Below are positions 1 to 8,638 of a stretch of 64,000 nt of DNA, in pieces. The notes beneath the pieces are model-generated. The model was not told the DNA's origin. It worked only from the letters and a program-made list of their open reading frames with translations, and did no database searches. Made by a program: the position numbers and the translations under genes. Source of the DNA: an uncultured Gaiellaceae bacterium. Lineage in GTDB: Bacteria; Actinomycetota; Thermoleophilia; Gaiellales; Gaiellaceae. Within the stretch, counting starts at the first letter, position 1; the number at the start of each line of letters is the position of its first letter. The DNA is taken from the NCBI GenBank assembly GCA_963744505.1, contig CAVUTL010000001.1, forward strand, positions 18,664 through 82,663, in the 5' to 3' direction.

Positions 1-1338
1 TTCCTCGATCGACAGGGGAGACAGAGAGATAGTCGTCGCGTTGCGCTGCCCACCGCCCCAGTTCGGACTCCGGTCGAAGAGCTCCGGTCGAGCAGTGCAG
101 AGAAGGAGCATTGGTACGGGTGGGCTCCACTCGAGCACGTGTTCGACGAACTCGAGGAGCGCGTCGTCTGCCCAGTGGAGGTCCTCGAAGATGAACACGC
201 ACGGCCGCCGAGCGGCCATAGCCTCGAGAAGTCTCCGCCACGCCGTGAACGCCTCCTCGCGCGCTACTACGGCTCCTTCGCTTCCTGCGCCGACGAGCGG
301 ACCCAGCCTGGAGCCGAGCCACGCGCCGTCCGACTCGTCCGAGACGAGCGCCGTCAGCGTCGCCCCCAACTTGGCTGCGGCAGCTTGCTGATCGTCCGAG
401 TCGAGGATGCCCGCCTCGGCTTTTACGATTTCCCCGAGCGCCCAGAACGTGATCCCCTCGCCGTACGGCAGGCACCGGCCGTGGCGCCAAGTAGTCAGGT
501 CGGGCCTCTCGTCGAGCGTCGTGCGCAGCTCGGTGACGAGCCTGCTCTTTCCGATCCCGGGCTCGCCGACCACAGTGACGAGCTGGACCGAAGACTCGCG
601 CTCGGAGCGCAGGAACGTCTCGAGGAGGAGCGTCTGTTCGTGCTCGCGTCCGACGAACGGGCTGTGGGTCGCCGCCTCCGGCTGGCCGATCCGGCTCCGC
701 GTGCCAACGGCCTGCCAGACCGAGATCGGCTCGGCCTTTCCCTTCGCTTCGACGGACTCACTCGGTTCGAACGCGATGGCGGCACCCGCGGAGCGCATCG
801 TCGTCTCGTCCACGAGCACGGCGCCGACTGGAGCGGCCGACTGGAGGCGAGCGGCCGTGTTCACCACATCACCGGCAACCATGCCCTCGCCTCGCTCGGG
901 TCGCGCTCCGAGGGCGACGACCGTCTCGCCAGTGGTGACCGCCGCGCGCACCGCGACGTCGAGGCCTTCCTCGCGGAGACCTTCGATCGTCTCGAGGATC
1001 CGCAGCGCAGCACGAACCGCGCGCTCCGCGTCGTCCTCGTGGGCGACCGGCGCACCGAAGACGGCCATGACCGCGTCTCCTATGAACTTCTCGACCGTGC
1101 CGCCGAAGCGCTCGATGTCCGCCTTGACGCTCTCGTGGTACGGGCGCAGGGTCGCGCGCACGTCCTCGGGATCGGCGCGATCCGAGCGATCGGTGAAGCC
1201 GACGAGATCGACGAAGAGAACCGAGACGACCTTCCGCTCCTCGCCGGCCGCCGACTCGGCGACGAGCGCCTCGCCACAGGCGAGGCAGAACCGAGCCCGC
1301 TCGGGGTTCTCCTCGCCGCACGACGCGCAGACGATCAC
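1..1338 (-). CDS. Adenylate/guanylate cyclase domain fused to a P-loop STAND/AAA ATPase regulator. These are the N-terminal 446 codons; the 3' end runs off the left edge.
   Basis: My own minus-strand translation starts at GTG 1338, with an in-frame TAG just upstream. It gives VIVCASCGEENPERARFCLACGE (zinc ribbon), class III cyclase motifs VSVLFVDLVGFT, KFIGDAVMAVFGAP and GDVVNTAARL, then Walker A VGEPGIGKSR. The ORF is absent from the track because no stop lies inside the window. Confidence 0.8.
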   Translation of the reverse strand, partial: MIVCASCGEENPERARFCLACGEALVAESAAGEERKVVSVLFVDLVGFTDRSDRADPEDVRATLRPYHESVKADIERFGGTVEKFIGDAVMAVFGAPVAHEDDAERAVRAALRILETIEGLREEGLDVAVRAAVTTGETVVALGARPERGEGMVAGDVVNTAARLQSAAPVGAVLVDETTMRSAGAAIAFEPSESVEAKGKAEPISVWQAVGTRSRIGQPEAATHSPFVGREHEQTLLLETFLRSERESSVQLVTVVGEPGIGKSRLVTELRTTLDERPDLTTWRHGRCLPYGEGITFWALGEIVKAEAGILDSDDQQAAAAKLGATLTALVSDESDGAWLGSRLGPLVGAGSEGAVVAREEAFTAWRRLLEAMAARRPCVFIFEDLHWADDALLEFVEHVLEWSPPVPMLLLCTARPELFDRSPNWGGGQRNATTISLSPLSIEE

Positions 1339-1371
1339 CCGCCGGATCTTCGCAGCGAGTCGGACGGGCGT

Positions 1372-1782
1372 CTACGCGGCAGGCGGGAGCGGCTCGTCCT
1401 CCTCGTCCTCGGCAAGCCGCCGCTGGAGGACGCTCCGCGAAAGAACCCCGACCAGACGATGGTGCTCATCGACGACCGGAACGCGCTCGGCGTCCTCGGT
1501 CTCGAGGAAGCGGAACGCCTCGTCGAGCGAGACGTCCGGCCCGATCGTGAAATGCGGTGCCTCGGCGATCGAGCGGAGCTCGGTCTCCCGCGGATCGAGG
1601 CCGAGCGCGATCACCTCGCGCACGAGCGTCTTCCGCGTGACCACGCCGACGAGGCGCTCGTCCTCCGTCACGTACACCGCCCGAACCTCGGGCCGCTGCA
1701 GCAGCTCGCCGGCAGCCTGCGCGGACGAGCTCGCGGGAAGCTGCCCGGGGTTCGAGACCATCGCATCGCGGACGGTGTTCAC
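1372..1782 (-). CDS. CBS-domain pair protein (136 aa)
   Basis: This is the tail of track ORF 1372..3066(-): VNTVRDAMVSNPG...ERLVGVVTRKTLV...HHRLVGVLSRSVL, which gives two CBS motifs. The GTG at 1782 overlaps the gdh stop (GTGA). Confidence 0.8.
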   Translation of the reverse strand: MNTVRDAMVSNPGQLPASSSAQAAGELLQRPEVRAVYVTEDERLVGVVTRKTLVREVIALGLDPRETELRSIAEAPHFTIGPDVSLDEAFRFLETEDAERVPVVDEHHRLVGVLSRSVLQRRLAEDEEDEPLPPAA

Positions 1783-3066
1783 GGGAAGATCCCTCTGGCC
1801 TGCAGCGCATCCGACACTTCGCGGATCCCGGCGACGAGCGCTCCTGTGCGGAGCGTCACGTTCCGGTCGTCGGCGAGGTCCCACACGCGATCGAACGCGT
1901 TCGACAGCTTCTCGGCGAGCTTCGCGCGGATCTCGTCGCGCGTCCAGAAGAGGCGGCCGAGGTCCTGGACCCACTCGAAGTACGACACAGTGACGCCGCC
2001 GGCGTTCGTCAGAACGTCCGGGAGTACGGGGATGCCGCGCTCCCACAGGACCGCGTCCGCCTCGAGCGAGGTCGGCCCGTTCGCGCCCTCGGCGATCATG
2101 CGCGCACGGATGCGCGGCGCGTTGTCGGCCGTGACCTGGTCCTCGCGGGCGGCGAGCACGAGGATGTCGCACTCGAGCTCGAGGAGCTCCTCGTTCGTCA
2201 GTCGATCGCCCGCATCGCAGCCCTCGAGCGAGCCGTGCTCGCCCACGTAGGCATGGAGCGCCGCGATGTCGAGGCCGGCAGCGGAATGGAGACCGCCCGA
2301 GACGTCGGAGACGGCGACGACCGTCGCTCCGAGCGTGTCGAGCTCGGTCGCGGCGACGCCGCCGACGTTCCCGAAGCCCTGGACGACGCACCGCTGGTCG
2401 GACAGCGTCCATCCCAGTCGATCGCACGCGCTCGCGATCACCATCACGACACCGGCGCCCGTCGCCTCCTGGCGGAACACGGAGCCGCCGATCGAGATCG
2501 GCTTCCCGGTGACGATCTCCGGCACGGCGTAGCCGCTCTGCATCGAGTACGTGTCCATCATCCAGGCCATCGTCTGCTCGTTCGTGGCCATGTCCGGCGC
2601 CGGGATGTCCTCCTTGGGGCCGATGATCGGGAGGAGTTCGGAGGTGAAGCGGCGCGTGAGGCGCTCGAGCTCGCCGAGCGAGAGAGAGCGCGGGTCGCAG
2701 CGAACACCACCTTTCGCGCCGCCGTACGGCAGGCGTAGGAGCGAGCACTTCCACGTCATCCACATCGCGAGTGCAGCGCATTCGCCGAGGGTCACCCCCG
2801 GGTCGTAGCGGATGCCCCCCTTGGTCGGCCCGGTGATACTCGAGTGCTGGACCCGGTACCCGGGGAAGACGACACGGCGGCCGCTGTCCATGCGCACCGG
2901 AATCGACACGATCGTCGAGCGCTCCGGGATAGCGGAGGCGCTCCGCGACGTCGTCGGGAATGCCCGCGACCGGGACCGCCTGGTCGAACTGCGCGACCGC
3001 CATGCGGTAGAGCGGCGTATCCCACTCGAGCTGGGCATGGGCAAGCTCGTCGGACAGGCTCGCCAC
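1779..3066 (-). CDS. gdhA: Glutamate dehydrogenase, interrupted by a 1-nt frame break near 2924-2928
   Basis: The N-terminus MASLSDELAHAQLEWDTPLYRMAVAQFDQAV...AERLRYP is in the frame starting at 3066. The rest (ERSTIVSIPVRMDSG...KGGIRYDP...PYGGAKGGV...QGFGNVG...) is in the frame of ORF 1779..3629. The switch is at CCCGGAGCG where CCCGAGCGC is expected. Confidence 0.9.
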
Positions 3067-3116
3067 GGCCGGCCGAGTCTAGCTGGCCATCTCAGCGCCC
3101 AGACCACGGGCGGCGG

Positions 3117-3203
3117 TGCCGGGGGCGGGACTCGAACCCGCACGCCCCCTGAGGGACACCCGCTTTTAAGGCGGGCGCGTCTCACCCGTTCCGCCACCCC
3201 GGC
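3117..3203 (-). tRNA. tRNA-Leu, anticodon UAA, type II (long variable arm); CCA tail not encoded
   Basis: The reverse complement folds by hand. Acceptor GCCGGGG/CCCCGGC, anticodon stem CCCGC/GCGGG with loop CUUAAAA, variable arm UGUCCCUCAGGGGGCGU, T-arm GCGGG-UUCGAGU-CCCGC, discriminator A. Confidence 0.9.
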
Positions 3204-3222
3204 GCCACGAGTGTACGCGGGG

Positions 3223-3891
3223 CTAGTGGCCCGGCCGGAGATCGCCGGGGTCGTAGCGCTCCGGCCCACGGAACTGGAGGGCGCTGAAGAACGACGACGT
3301 CGCGTCGTCGTCGAAGTCGGAGCACTTCGCGAGAAAGCCGTTGTCCGTGTCGCCGTCGACGACCCAGGCGCCGAGGGCGAACTCGTCACCGAGTCGGTCG
3401 AGCGGGGCCATGATGGTGCCTGTCTGATGGTCGTCGTAGAACCCCCGCAGCTCGTCGACCGTCGCGTCCGGCACCTCGTCGCCGTAGAGGATGACGATGC
3501 CGCCGTGCTCGAGGTTGTGCACGACGCGCGCGAGCTCGAGCTCGTCCTCGTAGATCCCGAAGATCGCGGCGATGCCGTAGTGCGGGCCGTTCGTCGGCGG
3601 GTCGGTGTTCCATTGGTCCGACGTCCCACCCGGCTGTTCGATCGAGTGCGTGGCTTCGAGCGCCTTCACGGACTGGAACGTGCACCCGGCCGACTCCAGC
3701 TTCGTCCGCAGCGCCTCTTCGTCGATGCCGCCGCCACCGCCGACGAGCCCGAGGAGGACCGCGACGACGACGAAGCCCAGCGCGACGCCTGCGACCGCGG
3801 CGCCGATCGTCGCGGTTCGGCGCCGCGAAGAGTCGGTGCTCGAGGAGGATGCGCGCTGCTTCGGCGCCTTGACGCGGGGCTTGTCGGCCAT
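3223..3891 (-). CDS. Membrane-anchored DUF3105-like protein
   Basis: Track ORF of 222 aa. It has a basic N-terminus, one TM helix (IGAAVAGVALGFVVVAVLLGLV), then a soluble domain with NLEHGGIVILYG, as I recall for DUF3105. Confidence 0.6.
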   Translation of the reverse strand: MADKPRVKAPKQRASSSSTDSSRRRTATIGAAVAGVALGFVVVAVLLGLVGGGGGIDEEALRTKLESAGCTFQSVKALEATHSIEQPGGTSDQWNTDPPTNGPHYGIAAIFGIYEDELELARVVHNLEHGGIVILYGDEVPDATVDELRGFYDDHQTGTIMAPLDRLGDEFALGAWVVDGDTDNGFLAKCSDFDDDATSSFFSALQFRGPERYDPGDLRPGH

Positions 3892-3980
3892 GTCCGCGGG
3901 CGAGGGTAGCAGCGTCCCCTGTTCAGCCCCGGTTGCGTAAGACGTGCCGTCCGGAGACGGGATTACCGTGCATCGGCTCG

Positions 3981-5204
3981 ATGGTCATCGCAGCTCTCCT
4001 CATCGGTCTCGCTGTCGGCGCGCTCGCCGTCTCTATCGCCGTGCGCCCTGCTCTCGTGGAGCGCAGGCGTCGGATTCAGGAGGTGATCGCGCTCGAGCGC
4101 GCACTCGCCGGGGTCGAGGCGCGCCTCGAATCGGCGGAGGAGACGTCGGATGCACGGCTGCACGCCGCGGTGAAGTCGGCCTCCCTCGAGGTGTACGCGC
4201 AGACGAACACGGCACTCGTGGAGCTCGCCTCGACGAAGCTCGAAGGCACGGTCAAGCCTCTCGAGGAGTCGCTTCGAGCGGTCGGCGAGCGCGTCCAGGA
4301 GCTCGACCGGGCGCGCGCGAAGGGATACGGCGAGCTCAGCCGCCATCTCACCGATCTCGGCGAGCAGACCACGTCCCTCAGGAATGCGCTGCGGACTCCG
4401 CACACGCGCGGTCGGTGGGGCGAGATCCAGCTCAAGCGCGTTGTCGAGATCGCCGGAATGCTCCCGTACTGCGACTTCGCCGAGCAGGTCACCGCGTCGA
4501 GTGAGGACGGCCGTCTCCGCCCCGACCTCGTCGTGCGACTGCCGGGAGGCAAGCAGGTCGTCGTCGATGCGAAGGTCCCGCTCGCCGCGTACCTCGAAGC
4601 GCAGGAGACGACGGACGACGACGTTCGCAGGAGGAGCCTGGAAGATCATTCGCGACAAGTCCGAGACCACCTGCAGAAGCTGGCTGCGAAGTCGTACTGG
4701 CAGCAGTTCGCCGACAGCCCCGAGTGGGTGGTCATGTTCCTCCCCGACGAGGGCTTCTTCCGCTCGGCGTGGGAGCAGGATCCGAGCCTGGTCGAGACCG
4801 GAGTTCGGTCGCGAGTGCACATCGCCTCGCCGACGACGCTGATCGTGCTCCTGCAGGCGATTGCGCACGGCTGGCAACAGGAGAAGGTGGCAGAGGACGC
4901 GAGGGTCGTGCACGCGCTCGGGAAGGAGCTCTACGAGCGTATGACCGTCGCAGTCGGAACACATCTCGCGAAGCTCGGATCGACGCTCGACAAGGCCGTC
5001 GGTGCGTACAACGACACGGTGGGGTCGCTCGAGCGCCGCGTCCTTCCCACTGCGCGAAAGCTCGGTCAGACGACGCTGTCGGATCGGGAGCTCCCCGATC
5101 TCGAGCCTCGCTCCGCCCACACGGTGCCCGTTCAGGCGCCGGAGCTGGCCCCGGACGACAGGCTCATGGTTGCGATCCTCGCCGGCGACGCCGACGCGGC
5201 CTAG
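3981..5204 (+). CDS. rmuC: DNA recombination protein RmuC
   Basis: Track ORF 3933..5204. It has an N-terminal TM helix MVIAALLIGLAVGALAV, a coiled coil, then GRWGEIQLKRVVEIAGM...VVVDAKVPL typical of RmuC. I prefer ATG 3981 as the start to 3933. Confidence 0.8.
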   Translation: MVIAALLIGLAVGALAVSIAVRPALVERRRRIQEVIALERALAGVEARLESAEETSDARLHAAVKSASLEVYAQTNTALVELASTKLEGTVKPLEESLRAVGERVQELDRARAKGYGELSRHLTDLGEQTTSLRNALRTPHTRGRWGEIQLKRVVEIAGMLPYCDFAEQVTASSEDGRLRPDLVVRLPGGKQVVVDAKVPLAAYLEAQETTDDDVRRRSLEDHSRQVRDHLQKLAAKSYWQQFADSPEWVVMFLPDEGFFRSAWEQDPSLVETGVRSRVHIASPTTLIVLLQAIAHGWQQEKVAEDARVVHALGKELYERMTVAVGTHLAKLGSTLDKAVGAYNDTVGSLERRVLPTARKLGQTTLSDRELPDLEPRSAHTVPVQAPELAPDDRLMVAILAGDADAA

Positions 5205-5292
5205 GCGTGTGTCGGGAACATCGACCGACGTCGATGCGTTTCCATCCCTGATGCGCCCTGTGGTGGGGCTACGCTCTGCGTGAGGAGACTGT

Positions 5293-6255
5293 GTGAGCGA
5301 CGTCCGTGACGTGATCATCATCGGTGGCGGCCCTGCGGGGTACACCGCCGCCCTCTACACGGCCCGCGCCAACCTGCGGCCGCTCGTCATCGAGGGCTTC
5401 AACTGGGGCGGCCAGCTCATGATCACCAGTGACGTCGAGAACTACCCCGGATATGCGGACGGCGTCATGGGGCCGGCGATGATGGCCGACTTCCGTCGCC
5501 AGGCCGAGCGCTTCGGCGCCGAGTTCGTCACCGACGACGTAACGCGCGTGGACTTCTCCGAGCGGCCCTTCCGCGTGTACGTCGGCAACGAGGAGCATCG
5601 CGCGGACTCCGTGATCGTGGCAACCGGTGCCAGTGCGCGGCAACTCGGCCTCCCCTCCGAGCAGACGCTCCAGGGCCGCGGCGTCTCGTACTGCGCGACA
5701 TGCGACGGAGCGTTCTTCCGCGACAAGGTCGTCGTGGTAGTCGGCGGCGGTGACTCGGCGATGGAGGAGGCCACGTTCCTGACCCGCTTCGCCAGCAAGG
5801 TCGTGATCATCCACCGCCGCGAGGAGTTCCGGGCGTCCCCGATCATGGTCGATCGCGCACGCGAGAACGAGAAGGTCGAGTTCGTGCTGAACGCGGTCGT
5901 CGAGGAGGTGCTCGGCGAAGGGAACGGCCACGTGACGGGTCTCAGGCTGAAGGACACGCGCACGGGCGAGGCGCGCGAGATCGACGCGGACGGCCTGTTC
6001 GTGGCCGTCGGTCACGACCCGACCACGGCGCTCTTCCTCGACTGGCTGGACCACGACGACCAGGGGTACCTCGTCACCGATCCGCGCTCGACGCGGACGA
6101 ACATCCCCGGCGTCTTCGCAGCAGGGGACGTTCAGGATCACACGTACCGGCAGGCCGTCACGGCAGCGGGATCGGGCACGATGGCCGCGCTCGACGCGCA
6201 ACGCTGGCTCGAGGAGCAGCACCACCTGCCAGAAGTCGCCACGGCGACCGCCTAG
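5293..6255 (+). CDS. trxB: Thioredoxin-disulfide reductase
   Basis: IIIGGGPAGYTAA FAD motif, redox-active CATCDG, second dinucleotide motif VVGGGDSAMEEA. SD GAGGAG lies upstream of GTG 5293. Confidence 0.95.
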   Translation: MSDVRDVIIIGGGPAGYTAALYTARANLRPLVIEGFNWGGQLMITSDVENYPGYADGVMGPAMMADFRRQAERFGAEFVTDDVTRVDFSERPFRVYVGNEEHRADSVIVATGASARQLGLPSEQTLQGRGVSYCATCDGAFFRDKVVVVVGGGDSAMEEATFLTRFASKVVIIHRREEFRASPIMVDRARENEKVEFVLNAVVEEVLGEGNGHVTGLRLKDTRTGEAREIDADGLFVAVGHDPTTALFLDWLDHDDQGYLVTDPRSTRTNIPGVFAAGDVQDHTYRQAVTAAGSGTMAALDAQRWLEEQHHLPEVATATA

Positions 6256-6300
6256 GCACCGCTCCGGCTCCGACCGCACCGCTCGTTAGCCTCGCGCGGT

Positions 6301-7203
6301 GTGAGCGCCCGCTGGCTCGACCTCGTCGACCCGACCCGCGAAGAGCTCCTCGCGACGCTGCCGATCCACGTCGATCCGGAGGTCGTCGAGGCCCTGGTCG
6401 CGCGTACGGACGAGGGCCGCGAGCCACGCCCGCTTATCGAAGGACACGGCGCGTATGTGTTCGGCGTGCTGATCGCATCGCGTCCGCTCCCGCACGAGGA
6501 TCGCGTCGGCTACCAGGAGATCGATCTTGTCGCCACACCGGGCGTCGTCGTCACGGTGCGCAAGACACTGGGAGGAGGCGAGCCGTTCGACATCTCCGCG
6601 CTCCATCCGGCAGTCGAACGCAGTGCCGAGGCGGGCGAGCTCGTGCACCGGGTCGTCGACGACGTCGCGGACTCCTTTCTCGACTCGATCGACGCCGTGT
6701 ACGCGGAGATCGAGGAGCTCGAGGACGCGCTCGACAGGTGGCCGCCGAGCCGCGTGCGGGCACGACTCTCGGACCTGCGCCACGAGCTGCTCGACGGAAG
6801 GAGAACCGTCGCCGCGACACGCGCCGCAGTCCGACGCGTCCTCGACGGCCGCATCGAGATCGGCGACCATCTGCTCTTCCCACCGGAGATCGAGCGACTG
6901 TTCTCCGACACGTACGAGACGCTCGTGCGCGTGACCGAGGAGCTCGACATCGCGCGGGACCTCCTCGCCGGCGTGCGCGACCACCACCAGTCGAAGGTCG
7001 TCGAAGGTCAGGGCGACGTCAACAAGAAACTCACCGTGATCGCATCGCTCGTCCTCGTGCCGAGCCTGATCGTCGGCTACTACGGCCAGAACTTCGAGTC
7101 CGCCTTCGACGACACCTACTGGTCTATCGGCGCGTCCACCGGCCTGATCGTCCTCTCGACGCTCATCCAGCTCGCGATCTTCCGCTGGCGCCGCTGGATC
7201 TAG
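6301..7203 (+). CDS. corA: CorA-family Mg2+/Co2+ transporter
   Basis: 300 aa with a C-terminal YGQNF (GMN-type motif variant) between two TM helices. Confidence 0.8.
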   Translation: MSARWLDLVDPTREELLATLPIHVDPEVVEALVARTDEGREPRPLIEGHGAYVFGVLIASRPLPHEDRVGYQEIDLVATPGVVVTVRKTLGGGEPFDISALHPAVERSAEAGELVHRVVDDVADSFLDSIDAVYAEIEELEDALDRWPPSRVRARLSDLRHELLDGRRTVAATRAAVRRVLDGRIEIGDHLLFPPEIERLFSDTYETLVRVTEELDIARDLLAGVRDHHQSKVVEGQGDVNKKLTVIASLVLVPSLIVGYYGQNFESAFDDTYWSIGASTGLIVLSTLIQLAIFRWRRWI

Positions 7204-7242
7204 ATGTGCGCGCGAACGTCCCTAAACGCGGCCGCCTCGCGT

Positions 7243-7923
7243 CTACTGCCGCCTGGCCAGGCGGGACGAGGGGCAGAGATCCTCGATCGCACACTCCTCG
7301 CAGAGCGGGCGCCGAGCATCGCAGACGCGGCGACCGTGCCAGATCAGGAGGTGGGGAAAGCGCGCCCAGTCGGCGCGCGGCACGACGCGTTGGAGATCGC
7401 GCTCGATCTTCACCGGATCGTCGTTCCGCGTGAGCCCGAGACGCTGCGAGAGCCGGCGCACGTGCGTGTCGACGACGATGCCCTGGGCGTGGCCGAGCTC
7501 CGCGGACACCACGTTGGCGGTCTTGCGCGCGACTCCGGGGAGCGTCACGAGGTCCTCGAGCCGGCGAGGAACCTCTCCGTCGAACTCCTCGATGAGCAGA
7601 CGCATCGTCCCGCGGATCGCCTTCGCCTTCTGCCGGAAGAATCCGGTGGCGTAGATGTCGCGCTGGAGCTCCTCGACCGGAACCGCGAGGTAGTCCTCGG
7701 GCCTGCGGTACTTGGCGAAGAGCGCCGGCGTGACCTTGTTCACGTTCACGTCCGTGGTCTGTGCGGAGAGCATCACGGAGACGAGCAGCTCGAGGTCGCT
7801 CCGGAAGCGAAGCGCGATCTCGGCGTCGGAGTGCTCGGCGGCGAGCCGCTCGACGATCGGCGCGATCCGCTCGCGTCGACGACCCAGGCCCCGCCGCGCC
7901 TCGCCGACGTAGCTACGTGGCAC
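7243..7923 (-). CDS. nth: Endonuclease III
   Basis: This is the tail of ORF 7243..8424. It has HhH LPGVARKTANVV, catalytic region VDTHV, and a 4Fe-4S cluster CDARRPLCEECAIEDLC. The GTG at 7923 overlaps the upstream gene end by 11 nt. Confidence 0.9.
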   Translation of the reverse strand: MPRSYVGEARRGLGRRRERIAPIVERLAAEHSDAEIALRFRSDLELLVSVMLSAQTTDVNVNKVTPALFAKYRRPEDYLAVPVEELQRDIYATGFFRQKAKAIRGTMRLLIEEFDGEVPRRLEDLVTLPGVARKTANVVSAELGHAQGIVVDTHVRRLSQRLGLTRNDDPVKIERDLQRVVPRADWARFPHLLIWHGRRVCDARRPLCEECAIEDLCPSSRLARRQ

Positions 7924-8629
7924 GGAGCGACTCGAAGTACTCGGCGGTCGCGCTGGGATCCGGTGGCTCCAAGAGGTAGCCGAGGAGATTGGGTTCGACG
8001 GGCGCCCCCGACACCTCGATCGCGCCGACGGCGGCCTCGACGTCGTACGCGGTGCGACGGAACTCGATGCCCGGGCCGAGCAGGGCCCAGAACGCACCAC
8101 GCTCACCCTCGTACGGCATCCCGACGCTCCCGGGATTGACCACCCGCAGACCGCTCGCCAGCGTCCGGTCGACCTGCATGTGCGTATGCCCGCACACGAG
8201 CACATCGGCCTCGACGGGACCGAGCAGTGCAACCAGTTCGTCATCCGGAGTGAGGCGCGTGTAGATCGGGTCGTCGGAGACGGGCGTCGAATGGCAAACG
8301 AGGACCCGCCCCAGCCCGTCGAGGGCGAGCTCCTGCGTGAGCGGCCAGCCGGACGCAGCCTCGAGACGGCCGGCGCCGAGGCGATCGGCGCACCAGATCG
8401 CGAGCGGGCCGTACTGGTCGTCACGCTCGATCACTATGCGATCGGCGTTCCCGCGCACGATCGTTGGTTCGTGCCTAACGACGAGATCGAACACTTCGAC
8501 GGGCCACGGGCCCGAGATCGTGTCGCCGGCGACGACGATCGCGTCGACCTCCTCGCGCTCGATCTCCGCGAGCACCGCCTCGAGCGCGGGCAGGTTCCCG
8601 TGGATGTCGCTGATCGCGGCGACGCGCAT
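7913..8629 (-). CDS. Calcineurin-like metallophosphoesterase (238 aa)
   Basis: Motifs AISDIHGN, VVAGDTISG, GNADR, CGHTH. The start is 9 nt after the adnB-like stop. Confidence 0.8.
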   Translation of the reverse strand: MRVAAISDIHGNLPALEAVLAEIEREEVDAIVVAGDTISGPWPVEVFDLVVRHEPTIVRGNADRIVIERDDQYGPLAIWCADRLGAGRLEAASGWPLTQELALDGLGRVLVCHSTPVSDDPIYTRLTPDDELVALLGPVEADVLVCGHTHMQVDRTLASGLRVVNPGSVGMPYEGERGAFWALLGPGIEFRRTAYDVEAAVGAIEVSGAPVEPNLLGYLLEPPDPSATAEYFESLRAT

Positions 8630-8638
8630 GGCGCGAGG

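Noticed and set aside
139-2250. Very long ORFs antisense to or overlapping real genes. Examples are 139..2250(+), 9777..11726(-), 14741..16705(-), 17649..19385(-), 47885..49657(+), 54223..56502(+) and 62325..63953(+).
   Set aside because: Their translations are Arg/Ala/Pro/Gly-rich low-complexity strings with no motifs. Each lies opposite or out of frame to a gene with clear family signatures. Long spurious ORFs of this kind are expected at this GC content because stop codons are rare.
2920-2930. Programmed ribosomal frameshifting or genuine pseudogenisation as the explanation for the frame breaks in gdhA, ftsY, rnhB, comM, fakA and others.
   Set aside because: I saw no slippery heptamer or downstream pseudoknot pattern. 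The breaks sit in plain G/C runs, hit many unrelated and essential genes, and each is repaired by a single-base change. Assembly indels are more parsimonious, though I cannot prove this without reads.
3117-3203. tRNA-Leu as an integration site for a genomic island.
   Set aside because: No integrase, no direct repeat of the tRNA 3' end and no compositional shift are visible on either side. The neighbours are gdhA and a DUF3105 gene.
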